In this document: positions 38,372 through 50,006 of the stretch, in pieces | How positions within the stretch are numbered: the stretch's first letter is position 1 | Layout of the letters: the number at the start of each line of letters is the position of its first letter | Virus record (IMG/VR): IMGVR_UViG_3300035670_000033 | Span: 1-64,000 of that record | DNA: 64,000 nt | Direction: 5' to 3' (one strand) | Source: a virus | Position numbers and translations under genes: made by a program | The notes under the pieces: generated by a model | Databases searched by the model: none | Told to the model about the DNA's origin: nothing | The model's input: only the letters and a program-made list of their open reading frames with translations

Positions 38372-39868
38372 TTACCCCAATCGCTTTCCGTTTAGTCGTG
38401 TATATGTTTCCTGCCACTTTCTTGGATACCAACGGTTCGGTTTCTTTCCGACCGAAAGTTGCTTCAACAGTGCAAGTCCGTCATTCACATTGTGTGCCAT
38501 AAACACTTTGTGCTTCAAGACTTCTTTTATGCAGTCCATTGCCAAGATGTCGTGGTATCCACCGTATTGACCGCCTGTGCCAAGACCGTGAACCTGACCG
38601 TCTGTAATCCACACGATCGGAGTTGATGAACGCTTGCGTTGTTTGATCGCCCAACGAATTGCTTCGCCGTCTACGCCGTTGCCACCATTCCGTTCAGGAA
38701 GTTTGTCTACCATTTTCCCATCTTTTGCAAGAATGAGAAGGTTCGGTTTCACATTGTTTCGGTCTGCTGAATAAACCGCAACAGTGCAACCTGGACTTGC
38801 TTCCGTGATGTCAAGAATGTTTTTGTTGTTGAGAGACATTGAACCTGAACCGTCAATCAAGACGATACCGCCGTTGCCTTTCTTGTATCGGTCAAACACT
38901 CGCTTCTCGGGGTCTGCAAGTGCGTTACCAATTCTGCGAGGGTTACGACCCATGTTGCTTGCAACACGCTTGCGACCGAGACCGCCATGCGCTTTGCGAG
39001 TGAGTGGGAGATTACCAACAATAAGTTTTCCCCAAGTCGGTACTGCACCGCTACCTCGTTGTGAAGGTTCAGTCGGTTTTACTTTCTTTGGGTCTGCTTT
39101 CGGTTTCTGTGGTTTATCTGTTGCACCGTTGCCGTTCTTGGTTTCTTTTTCTGCGTTGCCTTCTTGCTTCGCTTCGTTCTCTTGCTTCGCTTCGGTTTCG
39201 CCGTCCTCGTTTTCGTTCTCATCAACAGGTGGGTTTGCCAAACGATCAATCCACTCTGCAATTCGCTCTGTGTGTGCGAACCCCATTGGTGCGAGACCTG
39301 TGCGCTCATCTATTTCTGTTGAACCGAGTGTGCCTGTCTTGTGTGCTTTGACGAACTCTTTCTCCACTGCTTTCACAATGTCTCGGAGTGTTGTTCCCCA
39401 TGCACGATTTACTCTGCGTACACCTGTGAGGAAGTCTTTGCCACCACCACAAACCGAGTAACCGACTGCTGTATAAACCGCACTCGCCCAATCGCCTTGC
39501 TCTGCGACACGCATTCCTGTAGTGAGTTCGCTTCCGTCTGCCAACAGATCAACATCAAACCCTGCTTTCTTGATAAGAAAGTTCACACGAACTTCCTCAA
39601 CAACGATCAGTGCATTCTCTGTTGCGATCTTGCGTTCAATCCACTTCGGGAAGTCGTCCGCAGGTGAGAACCGTGCGTGTGCCATTTCATGCGCACGGAT
39701 TACACGATCAACTTGTTCGTCACCAACAGGAACGACCATGTGCTTTGTAACAACATTGGTCATTGGTTTGCCACGAACAGGTGCGCAAGTATCTACTTGC
39801 CATGCGCCCGAGTCTTTATCTTTGCGCCCCAACATTTCGGGGAGTGGTCTGATTTCTACTTTTTGCAT
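38372..39868 (-). CDS. VWA (MIDAS) domain protein, CobT/MoxR-partner type
   Basis: VLIDGSGSM (DxSxS), WITDG, N-terminal HEMAH metallopeptidase-like motif, acidic linker. Confidence 0.8.
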   Translation of the reverse strand: MQKVEIRPLPEMLGRKDKDSGAWQVDTCAPVRGKPMTNVVTKHMVVPVGDEQVDRVIRAHEMAHARFSPADDFPKWIERKIATENALIVVEEVRVNFLIKKAGFDVDLLADGSELTTGMRVAEQGDWASAVYTAVGYSVCGGGKDFLTGVRRVNRAWGTTLRDIVKAVEKEFVKAHKTGTLGSTEIDERTGLAPMGFAHTERIAEWIDRLANPPVDENENEDGETEAKQENEAKQEGNAEKETKNGNGATDKPQKPKADPKKVKPTEPSQRGSGAVPTWGKLIVGNLPLTRKAHGGLGRKRVASNMGRNPRRIGNALADPEKRVFDRYKKGNGGIVLIDGSGSMSLNNKNILDITEASPGCTVAVYSADRNNVKPNLLILAKDGKMVDKLPERNGGNGVDGEAIRWAIKQRKRSSTPIVWITDGQVHGLGTGGQYGGYHDILAMDCIKEVLKHKVFMAHNVNDGLALLKQLSVGKKPNRWYPRKWQETYTRLNGKRLG

Positions 39869-39956
39869 ATTTCCAACTTTCGTTTCTAGGTTTATGTCTC
39901 TTGCTTAGGGAGGCTTGCTTACACCCCCACCTTACGGCAGGGGTGTAACGAGGTTA

Positions 39957-40700
39957 TTAGACCGCAACCTTGTTGATTGCGATTGCGTCTAGGACGCTTT
40001 CTGCCTGCTTGCCGAACACCATTCGTGCGCTGTCTGCGTCACCGAGTGTCTTTCGCAGTTGGTCAAACGCATAGAAGGTGCGGAGTGAGATCCTGCGCTC
40101 GCCTGCGTCTGCCATACGAACCGCATACTCACGGAGATCTGCCGACAACTTCTTGAGTGCGTCAGGGTGAGGTTGGTTGATACGGATTGCGACAGGGAAA
40201 CGATCTTTCAACGCTTCAGGAAGTTCCTCCATTGTTTCAATGTTGGTGGTCATGACAACGCTGAACCCGTCCTTTGGTGTGATCGTCCGATTGTTTTCAG
40301 GACTTTCCCACTTCGCACTTTCAGGTGAGTCAGTGAATGCGAGGAGTGTTGCGAACACATCTGCGCCTGCTTTGTCAATCTCGTCAATTACGAGACGACC
40401 GCCACGCAAACCGTCACCTTTCCACGCTGACACTGCTTTACCGTCTACCCAAGACCAACCGCCTTCGCCGTTCATCTTGTAGTGACCTTCAACTTGCGCA
40501 TTGGACATATCCTCTGTGCAGATAAGTCGGAATGCACCTGCTGTGACATCACCGTAGTTGAGACCTGCGAAAGTCTTTCCTGTTCCTGGGGGACCGAATA
40601 AGATCAAACGGTCTACGCCTGCTTTGAGTGCGTTCTCAACATCTTTCCAACACTGTGGGAGATCGTTGCGCACCTTTCCTTCTAGTACTTGCTGTTCCAT
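39957..40700 (-). CDS. MoxR/CbbQ-type AAA+ ATPase
   Basis: GPPGTGKT (Walker A), VIDEID (Walker B), MTTN (sensor I), ALKDRF (Arg finger). Confidence 0.88.
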   Translation of the reverse strand: MEQQVLEGKVRNDLPQCWKDVENALKAGVDRLILFGPPGTGKTFAGLNYGDVTAGAFRLICTEDMSNAQVEGHYKMNGEGGWSWVDGKAVSAWKGDGLRGGRLVIDEIDKAGADVFATLLAFTDSPESAKWESPENNRTITPKDGFSVVMTTNIETMEELPEALKDRFPVAIRINQPHPDALKKLSADLREYAVRMADAGERRISLRTFYAFDQLRKTLGDADSARMVFGKQAESVLDAIAINKVAV

Positions 40701-40802
40701 TACTTTCCTTCTTTCTCCGAAGTTCGTTCGGACTAGTTTGCTTATTTCTAGGTTTATTTCCTTACACCCCCAACATTACATTGGGGGTGTAACAGGGTTT
40801 AG

Positions 40803-41210
40803 TTACGCTACTTGCGCTTCTGCTGTTGCCTTGCTGTCGGACTTTGCGCCCTTGAGTTCGGTAACACGGATTTGCTCGTATGCCGTGATCGTGGTTACTG
40901 CGTCTGCGACATCTGCTTTGATTACGCCGACTTCCACTGCTGACTTGAACTTCTTACCGTCCACTGCGGACTTGGTAACAGTCTTGAACACCTTGTCGGA
41001 AACGAGATCCTTCAAGATTTCAACGCTGTATGAAGGACGCTCGCCTTTTACGACTGCAACCTTTACACCGTCTACGACTGCGTAGTCCACGCCTTCTTTT
41101 GCGAGTTCCAACTTGAAACTTGCTTCTGCTTGTGCAAGTTCTTGCTGTGCGATCTCTAATGCTTCACGCTTCGCAAGTACTGCCTTTGCTGTTGATGTGG
41201 TTAGTGCCAT
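40803..41210 (-). CDS. Hypothetical helical protein
   Basis: Own motif-C promoter and AAGGAG RBS. Confidence 0.65.
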   Translation of the reverse strand: MALTTSTAKAVLAKREALEIAQQELAQAEASFKLELAKEGVDYAVVDGVKVAVVKGERPSYSVEILKDLVSDKVFKTVTKSAVDGKKFKSAVEVGVIKADVADAVTTITAYEQIRVTELKGAKSDSKATAEAQVA

Positions 41211-41308
41211 TTGATTTTCTCCTTATGTCTAGGTTTATTTGCTTCTTGCCACCACTGTATATCAGGGGTGTAACACGGTTATTCGTACTGACTTTCTATC
41301 TATGATAG

Positions 41309-41339
41309 ATAGTCTAGTACCTGTTTTTGGACTTGTCAA
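41309..41339 (-). promoter_or_regulatory. Canonical sigma-A promoter (TTGACA-N17-TAGACT)
   Basis: Reverse complement reads TTGACAagtccaaaaacaggtacTAGACT. Confidence 0.6.
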
Positions 41340-41342
41340 GTC

Positions 41343-43465
41343 TTATGCGAGAAACCTCGCAATCCCTGCGTCCGTAAGGTCGTCCCCGATCTGACGCTTT
41401 GCGTCTAAGTCATTCAGGTACTCGCTGACGATCTCGCAGATTTCATCACATTGGTTCTGAATCGCTTCGTGACGCTCACGCTCGTCTGCGTCCTCTAAAG
41501 GGTTCATCACGACTGCGTACGATCTGAACGCCTGTGCGATCAACGCTTGCTCAATGCGCTCTAGTTGTGCTTCTGTGAATGTTGTGATTTTCATTTCTTA
41601 CTCCTTGTTTGTTGGTGTACCTGTAATACGCACGGTGACACGGAATGTGTGACAATCTTTTTTTGGACAGAGTCCAAAAGAGGTTGTGAATAACTCGTTG
41701 AGGTTTATATACGCCACCGTTCAGGTTGGGAGATGACAGTTCGGATCGCCGATCTCCGTGCGCCTGCGCCTGAGAGCCCCGCGTTGTTTACATCTTCCCG
41801 CAAGCCCCGCACCGCATCTTCGGGCGCGGGACTAGGCAAAAATAAAGGGGAGGCTTTCGCCCCCCCCCTTGGTTAGTCCCAAGTGATCAACCCGTTTTCT
41901 GCGATGTAGGTTGGGAGTCCCATACTTTTCAGTTCCTCGTATGTGAAAGGAACTTCTTGGTTCTTGTTGATGTGATCAACATATCCCCTGTTTCTGAGGG
42001 CTTCGTCTGTCATTGCTTCTCCTATGTGTCTAGTAGTTGTATCTCTTATACGCAATATTAGAGCAAGGGTGTGACACAGATAAATAGAAAACTTTCACGG
42101 CCGTGTGACATCACGCTTTATGTGACCGTGTGCGTTATATGTATGTAGGCAAAACCGCCTACCAAAGCGTTAGGAGAAGTAGTTGGAAATCAACTATGAA
42201 GCAATAAAAGAAATGACCCGTGCGTTGAAGCAAGAAATTGCAAGAAACGGGATCAACGAAAACAATTCGCAGTGGGTTCACGAAATGCGAGTTGCGATTG
42301 AACTTCGTGAAAGCGGTGTCTACTAGAACCGCCAACAAGACCCCAACTCGGAAACGGGTTGGGGTTCTTTTTTGCCATAGCCCCGCGATCTGATGCGGTT
42401 GCCGCACAGCCCCGACATCCGATGCGCGACGCGGGACTGAGACAAAAGAAAACCCGCAGAAGATGGTTGGTCTCCTGCGGGTTCTTGATTTAGTTGGTTG
42501 TTTCGCGGACTATCTGAAAACGATCGCCTTCTTCGGTAATCATTCCGAGAGTGCTTCCGTTGTCCCATTTGATGTGAACCGTGCCAAGTCCGTCAATGTG
42601 GGTTACGAGACCTTCGTCGCCCCACTTCAACCTCGTGTACGGGTCGCCTGACCGCATAAACATTACTCGCTTACCGACATAACTTTCTTTGTCTGACATT
42701 AGTAGACCCCGAAAGATATTCCGTCTGATGTCATTCCGAACAACGCACCTGCGTCGTTCCCTTCTGTATCCATTGACGGGTAGAGGATTGTTCCGCTAGA
42801 GAGAACGAGAACCATAGGGATTTCTCGTTTGCGCCAACCTTCTTTGTTCATTTCCGCTTTTGTCATTGGACGAATGTCAATGATTGTTGATCCGATCATT
42901 GAGTCGTCTACGGTTTCTGCTTCGTATGTACTGCTCATGTGCTTTCTCCTTTGTTTAGGTTTATATGAAGCGTCTCGCTGTTACACGGACGCTTTTAGTG
43001 GTGACTTGATGTCTGCTAGTTCACGCTCTAACTCTGCACCTTCGCAGTTGTTCATAAGGTCAATCAAATTATCTAACCATGTTGCAACGGACGCAGGAAG
43101 TGGTGTCGTGCTGAGATAGTTGGTGTACTTGTTGAGTACGATGTCAATCTCGGTAACGAGTCCTGCTCCTTCAACATTGTTTGTGATGTCAAGGATTTCT
43201 GTGATTAGGTTGATGTAACTTTGCTTTTCCATTTTTATTTCCTCTCGTTTTGTTTTACAAATCTGACACACTCTTTTTTCGTGGACGCATTGAACGCCTG
43301 ATTGCCTGTTGCGATCTCAATAACAACCCACCAATCGGTTTTGGTTTCGTGAAACCAAACATCATTGAACCCTCTTTGCATAAACCGTTGGTGAAACCTT
43401 TCGCATTCAGGGTGTTCGCACGGTGACTCTTGGATCTCTTTTTCTATCCTGTAAGTGCTGTTCAT
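41343..43465 (-). CDS. Small leftward hypothetical genes (41343..41594, 41873..42013, 42490..42699, 42699..42938, 42981..43232, 43235..43465)
   Basis: Each has an RBS and/or a motif-C promoter; no family recognised. Confidence 0.6.
41838..41870 (-). terminator. Intrinsic terminator
   Basis: GC stem with GAAA loop followed by TTTATTTTT on the minus strand, just after 41873..42013. Confidence 0.75.
42183..42326 (+). CDS. 47-aa rightward miniprotein
   Basis: AGGAG RBS, TTG start, LEINYEAIKEMTRALKQEIARNG...GVY*; followed by a terminator. Confidence 0.55.
   Translation: MEINYEAIKEMTRALKQEIARNGINENNSQWVHEMRVAIELRESGVY
42338..42373 (+). terminator. Intrinsic terminator
   Basis: ACCCCAAC..GAAA..GTTGGGGT stem followed by TCTTTTTT. 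Confidence 0.8.
42444..42483 (-). terminator. Intrinsic terminator
   Basis: AACCCGCAG/CTGCGGGTT stem with a minus-strand U-tract, after 42490..42699. Confidence 0.65.
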
Positions 43466-43654
43466 TTCTATCTCCTTGTCTAGGTCTATATAGATATGTT
43501 ACCCAAGCGGTGTAGCAGGGTTATTCGCCCTGCCACCTGAACCCACGACACTCTCGCTTACTGCGCTTCTTGCGCTTGTCTGCGACACGCTGTGCCTTCA
43601 GGATATTGCGATCTGCAAACGCCTGACGATCTGCCTCACTCCATTGCTTGCTCA

Positions 43655-44137
43655 TTAGAACCTTCTCCTATTCTTTGTCCATTCGTGACAACTATGTTTT
43701 GCTTGCTCATCTACTTGCTCTTGTGACATTCCTGCCTTGATCAACGGACGGTATCCGCATGAGTTGCACGAAACGCCGAGGTACTCGGTGACACCTTGTG
43801 CGATCTGATATGCGTGAACGGTCGTGTTGCCGTGTGTGCGCTCATTCAGATAAACCGTGATGAACACTTCGCAATTCGCACAACCGATGATCTTGACATC
43901 TTTGCCGTCTGTTGGTGCTTGCTTTGGAAAGAAATCAAACTTGAAGTGTTTGCAGGTTTCGCACTTGTCATCAAGTTTGCGAACCTTTGCCACTTCTACT
44001 GCACCTTCGGTTACTGCTTTCCAATGTGCAGGAAGTATCCCTTTCTTTTGTGCTTGCTCAACGAGGTGGTTGCGAACCGCCCATTGTGCGTAAGGCTTGG
44101 CTACTTTTGTTGCCTTTGCCTTTTTGATCTTTGCCAT
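43655..44137 (-). CDS. Cys-rich (Zn-binding) hypothetical protein
   Basis: CETC, CANC and CNSC pairs; ATG 44137 after an AAGGAG RBS. Confidence 0.6.
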   Translation of the reverse strand: MAKIKKAKATKVAKPYAQWAVRNHLVEQAQKKGILPAHWKAVTEGAVEVAKVRKLDDKCETCKHFKFDFFPKQAPTDGKDVKIIGCANCEVFITVYLNERTHGNTTVHAYQIAQGVTEYLGVSCNSCGYRPLIKAGMSQEQVDEQAKHSCHEWTKNRRRF

Positions 44138-44272
44138 TTCTAGTACTCCTTGTTTAGGTTTATCTAACTCGCTAATTACACTATATACGCAGGGTGTCAC
44201 ATAGTGTGTGATCTTTTTAGATCTAAATAATAAATATACTTCTAATATATCAGGGGCATAATATCCCCAACC

Positions 44273-44293
44273 TTGTCCACAGCCTGTGGATAA
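44273..44293. promoter_or_regulatory. Inverted DnaA-box pair TTGTCCACA-gcc-TGTGGATAA
   Basis: Both 9-mers match TTWTNCACA or the actinobacterial TTGTCCACA; preceded by an AT-rich tract at about 44210-44265. Confidence 0.6.
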
Positions 44294-44736
44294 CTAGATC
44301 ACGCAACTCCATTTAGCACTAAGTCAAACGATCAGCAGGCTATATACGCCACCGTTCAAGTTGGGTGATGTCTTGATGTCTTGATGTCGGATCGCCCGAT
44401 CCCATAGCCCCGCGCCATCCGTCGCACGGCGGGGCTAACAAGTCTCGCATCCGTTCGCGGGGCTGTCGCCGTCGGATCTTCGGTTTGTTGGGATAGTGTT
44501 GGGATATGGCTATGCCCTTCAGTCCCAAGCATTCCACTAACTTGCAGATCGGCGAAGTTATTGACGCGCTCGCGCAAACTGAGCCCGATCTATTTGGTGA
44601 AGGTAACGCGACACTAATGCCCGTGCAATACTCTGATCGTCTCGCGTTAGTGATATGCGATCGTTCGCTAGGGGAGTCCATAAACGCTAATAGCCCGCCT
44701 GCCTAACGGCGGACGGGCTACGACACTGCGGACTAT

Positions 44737-46112
44737 TTACTTATTGCGTTGCGACTCTGCCCATAGGTGACGGAATACGAACGCAGGTATCGCGTTGCCG
44801 TCATCCGTGAAGTAGTAACCATTGTCAAGTGTTGAATGATCGGGGATAGTGACGATCCGTCTATTGCTAACGCGACCACGATACCAATATCCAATGATAA
44901 AGATATTGTGATCGCTTGTCGTCTCCCATTGCCAACGCGAAGTGCCGACATATCCCTTATAGGTGAGTTGCGTTGTCATTACTCAACCGCCTGAATCATC
45001 GCGAAGATAGACGGAGACGCCGTAGTGATTCCGTGCGCGTAATCCGTGACTAGGTGCAACATATAATTGTCGCGTTCGTCCTGATCCCATGTCTCTGCCC
45101 AAGTGGTGCGATCGTTGTCGTCCCAATTCATTGTTGAGTTAATGAATATCTCTGCCTTCGTTGGTGGAGTTGAGTTGAGTGTGTATCTCATAATTTGCCC
45201 TTCGTGTAGTAGTTGTGTTGGTAATCGGCTTGCGCCTTGTGCCTAGTTGGAATTGAATCCCACGCCGAACGCGCTAGGCGACTCACCTAAGTGAGTGTGT
45301 TAGATCGCGACCGCTTCGCTGTAACGAAGTGTGCCATCGCCACCCATTGCGATCTCGGTCGCGCGTAACCATAGGTCGCGCACGACTTCATTACCGCGTG
45401 CCCACGAAGTTAAACATCCGAGAACTTCAGTCTCAAACTCCGCGAGTGCTTTATCCGAGTATCGCTTAACCGACTTACGGATAAGAGTTGCGAACGGATA
45501 ATTTACGCGATCGTAAACACCAACCAATTCACTTGTCTGATCGTAGTGTCGCAACGCGATGGACGACATGAGTTGCTTATTATCCGCATCGTGCCAAATT
45601 GTGATACGCACTAAAGTGCCCATTGGTCTGCCATCCACTTCAACCGAGTCACAAGTCGGACTCTTAAGTGTGTAGGTGATCTCGCGATCTTTAACCTTGC
45701 GTGTCGCTTGCGCTAACACTGTATTGTGACTAACAATTAAATTACTCATTATTTATCTCCCGTGTCTAGTTGGTTTATGTTTATTACTTACTATCTATAT
45801 TACGCAACGGGTGTTGCATAGTGTGACATTGCCTGATTAGTCATGATCTGCGAGTTTGACCCAATGCATACCGACCCAACCATCAGGTGTGCGCATTGAG
45901 TTCAGGTGTCCGCCTTCAATGATTGAACGGATAAGACTGAACAATTCCCGCGACAAGTCGTCTCGCGTAATATCCATTGCGTCTACCCATTCATTGTCGT
46001 AACGATTCTGCGTAAGATCGTCAATTACTGATCCAACGATCTCCATGCCGATCGCGCCGATACCGAGATAATTCTCTGCCAATACTTCGCTTAGTGATTC
46101 ATCTAGTGCCAT
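44737..46112 (-). CDS. Small leftward hypothetical genes (44737..44979, 44979..45191, 45300..45749, 45837..46112)
   Basis: ORFs with RBS; two have motif-C promoters. Confidence 0.55.
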
Positions 46113-46696
46113 GTCTATTCCTTGTCTAGTAAGTGTAAGCGTTATTGCTTACTCCCCAATAATACGCAATGGGTGTTGCAGAGTGTGACATTGCCATTCT
46201 GCAATATCGCGTATCCGCTATATCCGTGATCCGATATCTACGATCCGATATACGGTTTATATGCGCTACCGTTCAGGTTGGGGACTTGGATCGGCGATCC
46301 GCCCGCCCGCGTGCGCCCGCGAGCCCCGCGCGCTAAATGGGGGCGCGGGACTGTCAAGTTTTTTGGGGCAAACAGTAGCGTTTGCAGTGTCGCCTTACCC
46401 TCCTGTGACGCATATGAGCCCCGCGTGTTTACACGGGATGCGGGGCTGTGGGCAGGGGAGCCAGAGCCGCGGGTTGGGGAAGCCGCTGAGCGGCTTCGCC
46501 GTCGGTATCTGTATCTGAACTGAGACAATTACGAGAACCTGCCGCGCACTCAAACAATCGTTGAACACTATTCTGAACGCGTTACCGACATTGCAGTGGT
46601 TAGAACTCGCGTGAGAAGTAGCGTCCATGATGTGTGAGTGGCACGGTGCGCTCAACCTAGATAGCCGTGAGACGCACTACAAGCCCCCTAGAAACG

Positions 46697-46726
46697 CAAA
46701 AGCCCCCACCCCGAAGGGTGAGGGCT
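46697..46726 (-). terminator. Intrinsic terminator (UUCG tetraloop)
   Basis: Minus strand AGCCCTCACCC-TTCG-GGGTGGGGGCT-TTTG, after the DUF6011-like gene. Confidence 0.75.
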
Positions 46727-46747
46727 CGCGCCTGCGTTAGGAACTAA

Positions 46748-47236
46748 CTAGATGTTCCTTGCGCACACGGGTCCGATACCCCGTGCTACCGAGTTTGGGT
46801 CGGAAAGTTCCGCACCACACACGCAACAGATACCGAACTCATGCCCTGCCTCCTGCGCCTGTGCGAGGGTCATGCGATCCTCTGCGGAGAGACGGAACAA
46901 CCCGCCACGCTCGTAGGTGAAACGCTCTGCCTTGACAGGTGCGAGAGGGTTGTAACGCATTGCGTACAGGTTGCCTGACTGCCGTGAACGCTTTACACGG
47001 AACACAACGCCGTCCTTGCGGTACATACCGATCTCGGTAACAGGGTTTGCCTGTACGACCCGTGCAGGACGATTCATGTTGCGCTCAACCGCCTGCAACT
47101 GCTTGTCGGATAGACGACCGAAACGATCGTAACCATTGAGGACGCTCGTAAAGAATGCATTGCCAAGTGCGTTGTCACGCAGGAACTGAACTACACGCTC
47201 CTCACGGGTGAGTGGTGGAAGTGTCTGAACTGACAT
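46748..47236 (-). CDS. DUF6011-like Zn-finger protein
   Basis: C-terminal CCVCGAELSDPNSVARGIGPVCA. Confidence 0.75.
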   Translation of the reverse strand: MSVQTLPPLTREERVVQFLRDNALGNAFFTSVLNGYDRFGRLSDKQLQAVERNMNRPARVVQANPVTEIGMYRKDGVVFRVKRSRQSGNLYAMRYNPLAPVKAERFTYERGGLFRLSAEDRMTLAQAQEAGHEFGICCVCGAELSDPNSVARGIGPVCARNI

Positions 47237-47804
47237 AGGTAACTCGCTTTCGTTAGTAGGTTTATTTGCTTACCCTGAATATACGCACAGGGTGTAACAG
47301 AGTGTGCGATACCCGATCGGGGGCGCAGATCGCAGGCACGGCGTTCACCGCAACCTGACAAACCGATTCCGTTGCATGGCTGAGACTTATATCCGCCACC
47401 GTTCAAGTTGGGGACTCAGATCCGCGATCCGCCTCCGCGCTACGCGCCCGCCCGCCCCCACAGCCCCGCGAACTACGCGGTCACGCGGGACTATCAGCAT
47501 CAGCAGAAAGAAGAAGACAAGCCCAGTTGGGAACGTTCCGGCTGACGTCCCGGCGAACGTCATCAAAAACGTTACTTTTTACGCGTTTTGAAAAACATCA
47601 ACTTTTGCTAATTTTTCTGGTTTTTTGAAAGCCTTATACCATAAGGGTTTTACGGGGTGACTTATTGAGGTTTGTAGAAGAAACGAATAAACTGTCAGAA
47701 AGAACAACTTTTTGGGACTCCGGCTGCCGGGCTGGTCTTCAGCCAGTTCCGAAGATGGGCTGATAGCCCCGCGTTATTGTCTGCGCGGAAGTTTGACGCG
47801 GGAC

Positions 47805-50006
47805 TTAGAAGAGAGTTGGCGCATCGTCAAATGCGTTGCGGGTTTCGGTGCAGATTTTGTGTGCGTAACCGAGTGGTGCTGAAGGGTTCCGAGGCGTCCC
47901 TAAGTATCTGCCGTCTTTGTGTTCTAACCAAGCGACAACCTTGACGCAGTATGCCGTGTTCAGGGTGTCTAGCCCTGTGTTGCAGATGGAGCAGGTGACT
48001 TTCATTTATGCGGTTGCTTCTGCCTTTAGTGGTGCGACGATCACGGAAAGTAGATCTTCTACAGGGAACTGTAGGTCACTATGCGACCTGATGTCAAGGA
48101 GTAGATCAACCATTTCCGATGATGATACGAGTTCACGACCCGAGATCTGTTTGATCGCGCTGTCAATGAGTTCGGTGATGGTGCTAATTTTTTGTTCTGT
48201 TTCCAAGAGACTTCTTCTTTCTAGGTGCAATAGTTGGTAGATAGTTTATCGCATAATCGTAAGTATGACGCAGACAAACGATGTGGTCGTTGTACACCGA
48301 GAGTGCTGTAGAGCACCCTTCTAGTGCACAACGACGAACGCCGTTGCCATCTGTTTTGGGTTTGAGAACGGTGTTACTCTCCAAGTTTCGCCCACTCTTC
48401 GTCGCCGATGAGTTCTGATGCTTGCAGTATTGCTTCCTCTATATCAAAGTGCACGCAGTTCAACCAACCCGCTTCACCAACTGTGTCGTCGTCTGCGTAC
48501 AGATCAAACCATGCGTTGTTGTCAAACTCAATGCGTTCTTCGTCTATTGCTTTCTGCAACTGCTCATCTGTTTCAATGCCTACTTCTGCGAGACGGTCGG
48601 AGTATCTGATCACCTGATAGTTCGCATTGTCAATGCGCGCTTCTTTGCTGTCCCAAACATGGAGACGCATTTCGCCATCGCAGTAAACGCTGATGGTGCG
48701 GTCTTTGTAGGTAACCCGTGCCACGAGTTGGTGTGCATTTGCGTCCCAAACATAGAACGCAGGGTCTTTGCAGAACTCTCGCTCATGCGGTGACTGTTCT
48801 CGGGTGATAATTAGGTCTTGCATTACTTCTCCTTGTTTCTAGTAGTTGTACCAAGAGTAATACGAGGGTGTTGTACGGTTACGCCTTTCCTAACAACGCC
48901 AATGCTTCATCTATTTCTATGGTGGTCTTGATGGAGTGATCGCCGTCGTATGCAACGGTGACATAGTTTGCGCCAACGGACGGGTTCTCTGCGAGATCGC
49001 AAATAGACCCGTACGCTTGCGCAACTGCGTCTAAATGGTTGTCTGCTTCATAGACCATTGACCAAGTGACGATGTACTGCATTAGACGGACAGACTTTCC
49101 TGCCATGAAAACATTGGTGAAACACCGAACTCGTCTTTTACGGAACGGGTGCTGACTTCAACATCAACTTTGTATTGCTCTAACGATGCGAGGATATCTG
49201 CAAGTTCCGCCTTGTCGGTTGCGATGCGGTAACGCAACTCGTGCATACGGGTATTTAGGGTCTCAAATGTTTGCTTTTTGTTACGGAGTTTCATTACTTA
49301 TCTGCCTTTCGGTCTGCTTGTGGGTCTCTTATTTCATACTGACGACCTTCTCGTTTTACGAAGATGTCAGGACGATCTTGAACGATCTTGCGGACGGTTG
49401 CTTCTGATATGTCGCCAATTTCCGCAAGTTCTTTTACTGTCACCAAGTCAAAGACATGGTTTTTGCACCAAGACAAGATGTCTTGCTTGCCGTCTTGTGC
49501 CGTGCGCCAACCTTCACTTGGTTGTGCCTGTGCCAAGAGTTCTGCCTTGATGTTGTTTGGTACGAGATCACGGACACGCTTAGGTACTTGCGCAACCCAA
49601 ACAGGTTTCCCATAGGTGTTGATCGCTTCAGTAACTTCGCGTATCGCGTCGTCTAGTTGTGTGTCTACTTCGTTGCTCATAGTGTCTACTATACGCAACG
49701 GGTGTGACAAAGTGTGTGATCCCATTAGAACGGTTCTGCTGTTCGCATGGACTCAGGTACTACAAGTGCGCTTTGTGCTTCGTTCAGTACCGTCATTGTC
49801 TGAGAAATGATGTTGCTGGTTTTTAGTACTGCGCCCTTGAACACCGCTGACTGTTCTTGTGTGCCAACTCGTGATAGTTCTTGTTCAAGAACTTCGTAAA
49901 TGCTGTGTATCGCTTTCTCAATGCGACTCAAACTTGCTGAGTCCGCATCAAAGATCTGTGCGAGTGTTTGTGTTCTTTCCATCTGCTTTTTATATACCCC
50001 TTTCAA
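47805..50006 (-). CDS. Small leftward hypothetical genes (47805..48005, 48006..48230, 48374..48823, 48879..49082, 49082..49294, 49294..49680, 49725..50006)
   Basis: Contiguous ORFs; 49294..49680 has a C-terminal HTH-like segment (TVKELAEIGDISEATVRK). Confidence 0.55.

Noticed and set aside
38784-39461. 225-aa plus-strand ORF
   Set aside because: Antisense shadow of the VWA gene.
46238-46655. Overlapping Arg/Gly/Pro-rich ORFs around 46.2-46.6 kb
   Set aside because: They arise from the GC-rich motif-A/B header; no RBS and biased composition.
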